From the human T2T-CHM13v2.0 reference genome, Homo sapiens, in the NCBI RefSeq assembly GCF_009914755.1, contig NC_060940.1: a DNA stretch of 64,000 nt; one strand, given 5' to 3'. Under the pieces are notes generated by a model. The model saw only the letters and a program-made list of their open reading frames with translations, made no database searches and was not told the DNA's origin. The position numbers and the translations under genes are program-made. The number at the start of each line of letters is the position of its first letter. Within the stretch, counting starts at the first letter, position 1. Below, one piece after another: positions 53,480 through 64,000 of this stretch.

Positions 53480-54600
53480 AAGGGGTGATGGTGTAATGGT
53501 AGGGAGTTTCCCTGTTAATTCGGAGACTGGCCTCATTTGGCTGATGCCTTGAGCTATGACCAGCTGCTTGCAAGCGCCTTGTTATATAATTGCCTTTATT
53601 GGCTATTTGTAGAAGATTCGCTTAAGGTTACCATTTTGTCGGGTTTGCAGTTCTCTCTGGCCTCCCCACCTTCATCTCTCCAGAAGGTGTGCTTTTCTCA
53701 TACCCCACTTCTTTTCTGCTACACGCTGAGCAACCTTAGTGAGAACTTACGTTTTCATATTCAAGTTGGTTTTTATATGTAAACGGTTTTGCCCTAGATT
53801 TTGGTGCATTGCCTTGCATTACAGAGCACGAATATTTTATCTGGACAAATATTTCATTTTTAAAGGAGGCTCATAACACCTGTCAAAAGACAAAATTCTT
53901 CCACTTTAATACAGATTCCATAGTGCAACAATCTCTGAGTCCCCATCCACAGAGGGAACGGATGTCGAGTTGTTTAGAAGTGTGCTCCCTGTATTAAACT
54001 TCCACCATAAATTACGAGGTGGTCATTAGCATATCTCCCTCCCAGCCAGGCATGTGATGCAGATGGCTCCCCTTAAACAAAACCGGAAGAGCAAATTGAG
54101 AAAACTTTGCTGTACCTCTATGCTGTGGGAAAGCCCCACAACTCGGCTCCCAGCTCTTGCAAAATGGAAATAAAAAATCTCAGTGGCTGCTTTAACTCCA
54201 AGGACTTAGAAAATTGACTAATGCAAATATTCAGAGGTTAATAGCCTGGTGACATTACTGTAACTTACACCGTGGCTTAAAGGGCATTATCCATCACATG
54301 GCAAGCAGCGGTCAGTTAGCAGAACATATGGAAAAATATCAAATCAAGAATGAACTCCCAGCACTGAGAATTAATAAAAACGTGAGCATTTCCCCCCCGA
54401 TTTCCTTCCTTTAATGGAACTGGGCAATATACAATCTTAGTGTCATTGGCACAAGGTTCAGCCACCCTTTTGTGCATGAGGTCAATCCCTGACTTGGTGC
54501 ACGCACGGGAGCGCAAAATGCCCTCACGGTCTCATTTTGTAATTTTGCATGTAGGGAGGGAAAAGTTAGTGAGAATCAACTAAGAAAGAAGTCATCTATT
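53480..54600. promoter_or_regulatory. Candidate enhancer / conserved non-coding element
   Basis: No recognisable repeat; CCATAAATTACGA (54005), octamer ATGCAAAT (54221), several TAAT cores, some retained CpGs; inference from motifs only. Confidence 0.45.
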
Positions 54601-54647
54601 TGCAAAAAGGACTCCATAGGATGCCTTTGGCTATGGCTGTTTCGGAC

Positions 54648-54701
54648 GAGAGAGAGAGAGAGACAGAGAGTAAGAGAGAGAGAGACAGACAGAGAGAGAG
54701 A
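54648..54701. repeat. GA-rich compound microsatellite
   Basis: Direct observation. Confidence 0.9.
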
Positions 54702-56407
54702 ATCAGCTGGAAAAGCCTCTTTGTAAATACGCTCAAGAACCAGGCCAACTTGAAACGCCTGCTCCCCAGGCCTAGGTTGACCACCTTTAGTAATTTATTG
54801 CTTTCACATCTGGAGTTCAGATGGGAGGACTGCTGTCCCAAAGAGGTGGCTCATCTCACCACCACCGAGTGGGTTGAAACAAAGGCTCCTGTATCCGCCT
54901 CCGCGACATTTTGCAAAGAGCTTCATCCCTGGTCACGAACTGAGATCCCTTCTTTTGTTGGGGGCTCGCCTTGGTGAATTTCTCTTTCCCTCTGTGGCCA
55001 TTTTGGGCTCTTCCAGAGCAGGGTGGAGTGGTGTTATCTTTGGGAAATTGTAGCTTCTCAGCTCCTGCTGCTAAAAGGAAAATTACTGCCCTGAGTAGTC
55101 CCTGGTCGTGTTCCAAAGGAGTCTTGTCGCATTATTTAAATACTGAATTGCGATATTATTGAAGTTGGTACCAAGTTGCTCTTGGCAGAGTCTGCTGGCT
55201 GGCAGGTGCTGAGCGTGAGGGCTGTGCTGCTTCAGCTAACTGCCTTGGCTCCACTGCTCCCAGGAGCGCGAGCTTCCACCCTGGCTGCTGCTGCGGCTGC
55301 TTTTTCATTTTTTTTTTTTTTTCTGCAAAATGCACCCAATTCAAACACCCACTCCCTCAGCACTGGCCTCCCCTCTGTGGTGTCTCAGGGGCTTCTTAAC
55401 CTGGATTTCTACCTGGGTTCCCTTCCTTCGCCAGGCTCTCTCCCTCCCGCAGCCCTCTCTCTGGGCTCTAAGCTGCTTTAAGCGCAGGAGAAAGGAAATA
55501 CGCCTTTGTCCAAAAAGCTTCCCACTCCTACTTCATTTTTCCTTTTTTCTCTTTTCTTTCCCCTCTAAACCAGCTTGAGTTTGCACCTTCTGGCTCCAGA
55601 GAGTGTCACGCAGGTATTGGCCCTTTCCTACTTCTTTTTTGAAAAGGAAAGCATCTGTCCAGCAGCCTTTTCTGCGACCCTTTGGGGCTAATGTGAGTTT
55701 TCCAGAGCTGTTTGGAATGTGCATGATTTACTGTGCAAATGGGCATCACAGTTTTACAAAACCGGCATGGGAATATTGTTTTCTTTAAAAAAAAAAAAAA
55801 AAAACATTATGTCTGCCCTCAGCTGCTTTCACTGCAGGCTTTGGATGAGTCGGGGTACTGTGAGTATGAGGGGTGCTCAGCTGGAAAGAGAGGCAGGCAG
55901 CCAAGCCCAGGTTGGACTCAAAGCGCCTCTTTCTGCATTCAGTTCTCAGTCCAGAAATTTCTGCCGTTTCACTCCACAGACTCAATTCCACAGCTTGGAT
56001 GTTTGGTTTTTTCCCCAAGTGCTTTAGCCCACTTTTCCTGTCTCAGCTTGATGCCACACCTGGCAAATCCAGGGCCACTGAGTACTGCAACACCCTGAAA
56101 GTGGTCGGCACTTCTGTGGGCATGAAGGACGGAGTGAACGCATCCCTGAGAACAAAATGGGCACACGGACCTCAGCAGAGCCCTTAGCAATCTCTCAGTG
56201 CTCAACTAGCCCATGGTAGTGAGGCAGGATGGCGGAGAGGGAAGAGGAGGGCTTGGGAGGGGGAGTTGCTGATTAAAGTCCACTTCCCCACTGGGCTGCT
56301 TGACCTTGAGTAGCTTGCAAAACTCTCAATCTCATTTTTCACTCTGCTTTCTTCTCTTCTCTGCCTCCTTCCCTCCTTTCTTCCCTTGATCTTCTCTTCT
56401 ACCCCCT

Positions 56408-56432
56408 TCATCATCATCATCATCATCATCAT
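56408..56432. repeat. (CAT)n trinucleotide repeat
   Basis: About 8 units. Confidence 0.9.
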
Positions 56433-57279
56433 TACAAAAGTAATACTCACTTTTTATACAAATTTAAAGGAAAATAAATATGCAGAGTAAAAGTTGACAT
56501 TCCTCCATCATGAAGCCAACTGTCCCTGTCTGCACAGAGTTTTGTATGCACTCCTCCACTGCATACACAACACAAAGGCACACATGTGCAAAACAGACCT
56601 AATTGCACCCACATTGATGGGTCACTGCAAGCATTAAATACGAAAGCAGAGGTAAAAGGACATTAACGTCTATCTTTTCTGGTGTCTGATTTTCTCCTAT
56701 TTTAATAGCTGACCTCCATACATGCATTTCACGTGGTCTGGCTCAGTGCGAACGTCCCCAAGCACTTCTCTCTCCATTGGCTTCTCTGTGATAGCACAGA
56801 CTGACTCCAAAACAGTTGTTTGCTCTTTTGTTCGAATTTCCACGAGCCAGAGCAGAGAGACAGAAATTCCTTCCTTCTAGCTCTTACAGTGTAAGGCCTG
56901 CGCCCAATACCTAGGACCGTCTCTGAAGGAAACACGTCAGTTATCAAGGTCAGGTGACCACAACAATTATTCTGTAACCCAGTGAGCCGCTACTTTCATA
57001 TCTAATCGCAGGGCCTGTCTTCGTGCCTGTCTCCCTTGGAAGAGAACATGCCTTCCTTTATCTCCGCTTGCATCGGTGATAAGGGTATTTGATGACTCAG
57101 ATTGTCTTCGGCTACATATAAGACAGGCACCTTTGCAAGTTTACTTACTCTGCAACTGGGGAAGGGTCTGTTTTATGTTTGGCTGTTTAAACCCAAAAGT
57201 GGCCTGATAATATAAGACTTACGGCATCATCGGCCCAGTTTAGGATGAGATGAGATGGGGACAGTGGAGAGAGAAGTTG

Positions 57280-57510
57280 CATGCAATTAAAAGCATGGGC
57301 TTCAACTCAGAGAAGAGTAGACTGGGCAAATAGAGTGAAGCAACCTATGCACAGACTGCACTTCTGCGCCTCGGTTTCTTCGTCTGCAAAGGGGAATGTT
57401 AATACCCATCTCACAAGCGTGCCACGAAGATTGAATGCCATGTCTGGGAAGTGATCAGGCCAGTGCCTGGCACACAGGCACTGGGCAAGGGCTCAGTAAA
57501 TGAACGCTAA
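57280..57510 (+). mobile_element. MIR
   Basis: 'cttctgcgcctcggtttcttcgtctgcaaagggg...cagtgcctggcacacag...ctcagtaaatg'. Confidence 0.8.
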
Positions 57511-58089
57511 CAAAAAAAGAGGAGAAGACGGCAACATTTTCACTTAACAACATGATTAATTTTTTCTGCACAGCAGAAGGGGGAAGAAAAAAAGTCCTGA
57601 AGAACGGCACACAGGAGCACGAGGGCTTTTCTGAGGTTGCCTGATAAGAAAACAAGGGTCAAAGCTGAAAAACTAGACCCTCTCAACAGTAAAAGGCCAG
57701 TCATGACCAGGTCCATGATGTTGAGTTCCCCAGGCATCACCTCCCACTGTAAATACAGTAAAGCAGATCTGTAAAAACGGACTGTTCCCATCACCCAAAG
57801 AGAACAACCCCTATCATTTTCATTTTGTTCTCAAACACTCTGAATCTTAAGAGTCAGTCCCCTGTCTCTGTCTTCCTTGGTGGGGCCACAATTTTCAGCT
57901 GTCTCAATCTTCAGTTTTTGTTGTTTCTTTGCTTTTAGCATCCCCCAAGGCCTTGGGTGAGGACTTCTGCTTTTAGCCTTGCTTCTGTGGAACCCTAAGC
58001 CCCAGTCTCAGGAGGCTTTGCCTATCTCACTCCGCTCTCAATGGGGAAGAAATCCCTAGGATTTCAGCTCAGGTTTCCAGCCAATAGAT

Positions 58090-58255
58090 GTCAAGGGCCC
58101 AGGCTTGGAGTCAGGGGGATAGAGGTGTAAGTCTCAGAACTCCCTCCTCTAGCTTTGGAAAGTCTCACAAACTTTCTGAGCCTGCCTGTTCATAAGAAAA
58201 TGAAGTGGACTAGCACCTACGTTCACAGGATGTCTGCGATGATTAAATAACTAAG
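58090..58255 (+). mobile_element. MIR
   Basis: 'ttggagtcag...actttctgagcct...aaaatgaag...cacctacgttcacaggatg...gattaaat'. Confidence 0.6.
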
Positions 58256-59349
58256 AATAAAGGCCAGGGAAAACTATGGCGTTGGAATACAGCAGCTTTT
58301 GGTGGACTGGTGACTACTTGCGGCCAGAATTTTTTGATTCCAAGACATGGACAGTTCACATTTTAACATTCCTAAAACGGGGATGCACCTTCATGCTGAT
58401 GTGATTTCCGTGTGGCCCTTCCTCGTGTTTGCCTCTGGAAAGCTGTTGTTATTAATAAATCCATGGCATGTCTTATGGTCAACAGAATGAGGAAATATGG
58501 AGATTTATGACCAAATACTTGCAAGGTGTTCACCCTTCCTAGAGAAGCAGCACATTTGAGGTGACCTCCTCTTGGCAACCATCACTCTCCCAAAGTCCCT
58601 CAGTTCAGGCCACTTTTCCTTTCATAAGTACCCCAGGGCTCTTCCTAAGGCCAGGTTAAATGGCTGAAATGCTCCCAGGGTATAACATTTACATGGAATT
58701 CTGGGCCTGCGATGGGTTGCAGTGAGGCAGCTGGCCAGATGTCCCATCAAACACTGGACTGTACTCTATCTCTCAGGGGTCAGCTTTCCCCAGGGAGGAG
58801 GTCACCGAGGCAGACATGGAGGGGAGAGCAGAGGAGGGGCTTCCTAAGGGGATGGCAGGTCCCTACATTTTCCCAGTCAAGTGAGCACCAGTTTGGCAAG
58901 GTAAGCCAGAGCCAATTCAGGAATCTTAGCTGGAGCAAATGCCGGCTGGTTCCCCTGGAGGGTCATCAAAGCAATGGCTAGGAAGTTCCAGAAGGTTCTG
59001 TTTTGTCATTGCTTAAGGGCCTCTAGAAATGAGAGGAGGCTCGGAGGCCCAGATGATGTTTTGCCAGTTCTACCCACGATGCACCTCTCCATCCACTTCC
59101 TTCCCTTCCTAGAAGGCAGAGGGACATGAGCCTCCCTGAGCCTCCTCAGGGAAACTCAGAGCAAGTCCCGGTGGGACACTTGGGCTTCTCTAGTTCCCCC
59201 ATTGCAGGAAGTGACCTCGAAATGGCAAGGAGGAAGCAAAATCAATTATTTCTCCATTGTTCCTCTGCAGTATTGAGACACAGGGAATTAATGAAGACGG
59301 GGGCCCTTGCTGTGTGCTACATGCTGGCTGGACCTTTTGTCTGCTATAT

Positions 59350-59620
59350 TATTAATTTCATTTATTCATTTATTATTATTCATTATTTCATTTATTCATT
59401 CATTCAATTATTGAGCATCTACTATGTGCCAGGCACGGTTCTAGGATCTGAGGACATAGGAGTGAGCAAATATCATTCCTGCCCTTGTGGAGTTTACATT
59501 CTAGTGGGAAGAGCCAGGCAATAACACAACAATAACCATAGAACATATCAGGGTGATAAGTGTACAAAGAAAAATGAAGCCAGTTAGGGGACTATGAAAT
59601 TGGGTGAATGGATGGGGGAG
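59350..59620 (-). mobile_element. L2 3' end
   Basis: 'ttcattcattcaattattgagcatctactatgtgccaggcacggttctagg...cctgcccttgtggagtttacattctagtggg'. Confidence 0.85.
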
Positions 59621-59759
59621 AGTTGAAACTACTATGATTTTAATTTTTTAAAAAATATTTTACTAATGCTAAGAGAAACTAACATCTATTGATTATACAA
59701 ATTTTAATTATAAAATTTATTATAGATATATTTATACTCTTTCAACTTCTACCAATGAG

Positions 59760-60100
59760 AGCATCGTTGAGCTGTTAATAGGTGCCACACATGTATTAAA
59801 TATTTTACATACTAATACACGCTGTTAGTAAGTGTACCCATTTTACAGACGGGGAAAATGAGGCTGGGCTTGGTTAAGTAGCTTTCCCAAGTTCCTAATA
59901 CTGAGTGATGAATCTAGGTTTCACCTCCAACTCTGTCTGACTCTAAAGCCTATGTTTTAATTACACTGCCAATGCTGGGTGGGTGGCATTTTACTCATAT
60001 AGATGAAGAAGGTGAGGGGCAGAGAAGTAAAAAGTTATTGAGAGCAGGAATTAAAATCCAGAGCTGTCCTACTCCAAAGCCCAAGTCCCGTCCTCTCCAC
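59760..60100 (-). mobile_element. Two MIR fragments
   Basis: 'cccattttacagacggggaaaatgaggct' and 'tatagatgaagaaggtgagggg...actccaaagccc'. Confidence 0.7.
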
Positions 60101-61368
60101 TACATTCCTTTTCATTAATTAGGGAGACCTTCAGAAATTAAGATAAAAAATTCCAGTGAGATCTGGAAATGCATGCCTGGTGCTCCCATCAATCTGCCCC
60201 TGGGTGTGTGGGGGTCCCCGTTGTTCTTCAGGGACTACAGTCCTCACAATAGCACCTGCCATTCTGAACCTCTTGTGCGAGTTGCTGGTCCTTGCAAGGC
60301 AGACCAGCTCTTGCTTGTGACTGAGAATTGTTGTCATTTTCATGAGTTGTCACCAACATGCATAACCTTATTATGCAAAGCATGGGTTTATTTTGGTGAA
60401 AACAGAGCCCGACTCTACCTCAAGGCGTGGGCGCCTGTTAGAACGTGACTCACCCAAAATGCGAGCTTTTTCCATTTCCAATTTGATGGTGGAGACTACT
60501 TTGAAGTTGCTGGTAACCTTACTTAGCAAATGACCAAAACAGGGAAGATTGTACTGACAAGCTCACCACACTCCGTTTCCAGAGAACTTTCAGCTCGTGC
60601 AATGTTCTAGATGCATCTCTCCGCAGAGCTCTATTCACCCATAAATGGAGAAGGCAGCTGCCCACACACTGTGGTCTGCAGGACACTGGTAAAACCTTTC
60701 TGCCTCCTCCCTGACATACACCTGCTCTAGCGCCAACATTTGCATCATGTGTTTCTCGGTTTCCATGTCTCTGAGCCTCGGTTTTCTCTTCTGCTAAATG
60801 GGATAAATGTTACCTTCTTTGAATTGCTAAAGCATCTTTTTTTTCAGCATGCAATTAACCCAAAGATCACTGGAAGGTGCCACCAGTCACTCCCCTTGAG
60901 TGTCAGACAGCTTTCCATCTCTTCCAGCATGCCAAGATATGCCTTCAGAGGAAACAGAAATGTTACTGGGGGAAGGATGAAACATGAGGGGTCAGGGGTC
61001 TTATAGAATATTCAGTTGGCTTTACAGAGTTCCCCTGGAGATAGGGACAGAGGAAGGACACCCATGGAAGGACCCAAACTAATAGGTGTTACTCGCTCCC
61101 TTCTTCCTCTCTGGGCTGGTTGCCAACACTCAGATGCTGGACTGAAAGAAAGAGGGTGAGGTTGGAGAAAGCAATGTTCATTGGACACCAACAAAGTAGG
61201 AGTCACTTGAAGTAAAGCACCTCGTGAATTCACCTAGCGAAGGTTCATTACTCTTATTTAGCAAAAGAAGAAAACAGGCTTAGAGAAATGAAAATGCATT
61301 ACATCACACAAGTAAGAGATGGAGCCAAGAGTTACCTAGTCCTTCACTTCAGCCCTGGATTTTTTGTT

Positions 61369-61878
61369 TCTCTCCCTCCTTCCTCCCTCACTCCATTTTC
61401 CTTCCCTCTCTGTCTCTCTCCCTCCCTCCTTCCCTCCCTCCCTTCCTCCCTTCTTTCCTTCCTTCCTTGCTTTTCTCCCTCCTTCCTTCATCTGTCCCTC
61501 TTTTCTTCCATCTCTCCCTCCCTCCTTTCTCTCCTTCCTTCCTTCTTTCCTTCCTTCCCTCCCTCCTTCCTTCCTTCCTTTTCTCCCTCCTTCCTTCATC
61601 TCTCATTCTTTTGTTTTATTTTCTTTCCTTTCTTCTCCTTCCTTCTTCCCTCCTTTTCTCCCTTCTTCCTTCCTCTCTCCCTCTTTCCTTCCATCTCTCC
61701 CTCCCTCCTTTCTCCCTTTCTTCCCTCCCTCCCTCCCTACTTCCTCTCTCCCTCTTTTCTTCCATCTCTCCCTCCCTCCGTTCTCCCTTTCTTTTCTGCC
61801 TCCCTCCCTCCCTCTCTTCCTTCCTTCCTTGCTTTCTTCCTTCCTTCTTTCCATCTTTACTTCCGCCCTTCCTTTCTA
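61369..61878. repeat. ~500-bp polypyrimidine (CCTT/CCCT)n low-complexity tract
   Basis: Almost purely C/T; directly followed by an antisense L2 fragment (61880-61980). Confidence 0.95.
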
Positions 61879-62188
61879 CCACAAATTCTTACTTATTCCA
61901 GGCACCAGGACTGTAACAGTGAACTAAGCCAACACTATCCTTGACCTCCCAGAGGGAACAGCCTAGGGTGGAGGCAGATGCTTTGTTTTCCACTTTTCTC
62001 AGCTGTCCTTGCCCCACATTCCTCATGCCTGGCTGCCGATTTGCTCTGGGCTCCACCTGATGCTAGCCCACTGGACACATGACATCATCTGCACTTCTCT
62101 TTGCATGAGAGTTCAAAGCTGACTGTGTTTTCTAGCCCCCAGCCCCTGCTCCATTTGGAGAGTATTTACTATCTGTGGGGTAGCTTGT

Positions 62189-62240
62189 ATTCATTCATTC
62201 ATTCACTCACTCACTCACTCACTCACTCACTCACTCACTC
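62189..62240. repeat. Compound (ATTC)n(ACTC)n microsatellite
   Basis: Direct observation. Confidence 0.9.
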
Positions 62241-62344
62241 TTATTTTCCCTGAGCAAAGAGCCACATCCTGGAACATAACAGTGTCATGCCTTTGTTTGG
62301 TTCTTTTATGGCCTAGCTGAGGAGTAAGGAGAATATGCTCTGTC

Positions 62345-62475
62345 GTTCATTCATTCATTCTCCAAATATGTCTTGAGCACTTATAATATGTGAGAAATCT
62401 CTCTTTTGTAGGCTGTGGGGCTACAGGGAAGAGCAGGACAGATTGGTCCTTGCCTTATGAGACTCTTAGGCCAGA
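62345..62475 (-). mobile_element. L2 fragment
   Basis: 'ttcattcattcattctccaaatatgtcttgagcacttataatatgtg...ggtccttgccttatgagact'. Confidence 0.7.
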
Positions 62476-63939
62476 AGAATTAAGATGATCTTAATTCAAG
62501 ATGATCCACCTGTTCCCAGGTTGCATCCACTACACAGCACTGCAGGGCTCTGCTTGAGAGCATTGTCCTTTGGGATGCTAAATGGTAAGGAGCAACTTGG
62601 ATTGCCCAGTCATAGTCATGCTAATCAGGAAAGGCTTCCTGGAGGAGGAGATACATCACTTCTGCAGGGTACATGAGCAATTTCTGGTGTCCACTGTCCC
62701 CACCCTTCTGATTCTCCATCCATGGGAAAATGCAAACATGTGACAGCCACAAACCTGCCCCAGAGCCAGACAGAATAGATTCATCAGCCTGAACCTGCAC
62801 TAGCCAGAAAAAGCGTTCCCGAAACTACATTGCTGGGTGTCATCTAAGTCGGCAGATGATTTACTGCTGACAGCCCTTGGCGCAACATCACTAGTTCTGG
62901 GAAGGAGTAAATTAAACATTATATTTTCATTGGATACATCCATTTCATGGCTCCTTTTAAAATCATCTGCATGACACATCCTGTCACTTAACAGTATTTG
63001 CACCTGTTCCCTGAATATCAAAGATTGTGCCATAAAACACTCTTAAGGCTACAAGAGACACAGGGAAAAGAGCATCTCAGGACACCAGAAAACACAGCCT
63101 CTGCTGGAAGACTCCTCTCTTTTATTGACTCCAAGTTTGCAATGGGTAAGACAAAAGCTGTGGATTCCTCCTTACAGCATATCTGCTCACCTGAGCCTCA
63201 ACAGCCATCAGAACCCTCAAACCTCCATGAAACTCACACACACACACAAATTGAGAGGCAAAAATAAAATAGCATTTCCTTTGCAACTATTTATTTCAGC
63301 AAGGAAAACCGGAAAATTCACTTCTGTGATGAATCACAGATTTTTTTTTCTCCAGCAGATTTCCCTTCATTTAAGCAGGCACACTTTCCCTAAATCCCTG
63401 GCACACTCCAAATATCCAGGCAGAGAACTCTGGGCTGTGCCAGGTGTCAATGCCTACTTTGGGGAGGTGGGGGGAGGTCCCCTTCTAATTCTTCTATGTC
63501 CAGGTTGAAGCCCAGCCAATTACTAAGCCCTCGAGAAAGAAACAATGGCTAATTAAGATGAACTTTAAGCGGGGGAGAGGACTTAATTAATTTGATCTTT
63601 ATCTGAAACTCTTTCTAATTGAAGTAAACTTTAGAAGTTCTATGGATCAATGCGCTCAGACTATTTGTAAAAAATGTACATATAGTGCTTCTTTATAAAG
63701 CAGAAGGTTGATAAACCGGATATTAGCTAGTGGATTAAATTAACACTGACCTTCAGTCCCCTTCCCCAAGCACAACTGTTTGTGAAAGTGCTCATTTACT
63801 CACAGAAATAGAAAATTTGGGCTGTAACAGATCTGACGTAGGTGGAAAGGGGCTGGGGGGACAATAATGCACTTTAAAACAGACAGGTGGGATTCTTGGC
63901 ATTTCTCTGATTATTCTTAAACTATTCTACTTATTTCTC

Positions 63940-64000
63940 CATTGATTTATGTATTTGCATATTCATTTCTCCTATAAACATTTATTGAGCAACTATGATG
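63940..64000 (-). mobile_element. L2 3' end running off the window
   Basis: 'aaacatttattgagcaactatgatg'. Confidence 0.6.

Noticed and set aside
61288-61944. Longest ORFs (218, 187, 149 aa; P/S/F/L- or G/R/K/E-rich)
   Set aside because: Stop-free because the DNA is a C/T low-complexity tract

Overview
Primate (most likely human) non-coding genomic DNA that looks like a gene desert or a very large intron. No protein-coding gene is supportable: the longer six-frame ORFs come from Alus, microsatellites or chance. Much of the window is old interspersed repeat: about 14 Alu/FLAM/FRAM copies (several with target-site duplications), many MIR and L2 fragments, two L1 3' ends, solo LTRs (MLT1 types, MER41B-like, MER57-like, LTR33/LTR16-like) and DNA-transposon relics (a complete MER44/Tigger7 with both TIRs, MADE2, MER45A, MER5). 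There is one 3'-truncated 5S rRNA pseudogene inside a MIR. Between the repeats lie several 0.5-3 kb repeat-poor islands with homeodomain, PBX-HOX, SOX, TCF/LEF, octamer and nuclear-receptor motifs. These read like long-range developmental enhancers, which is an inference because conservation cannot be measured here. I found no convincing novel biological system. The best leads are the enhancer-like islands, a MER41B LTR with altered STAT sites, a ~50-bp local templated duplication, the 5S junction microhomology and a G5x4 quadruplex. Repeat names are from remembered consensus similarity, old-repeat boundaries are approximate (tens of bp), and the locus cannot be placed without BLAT.
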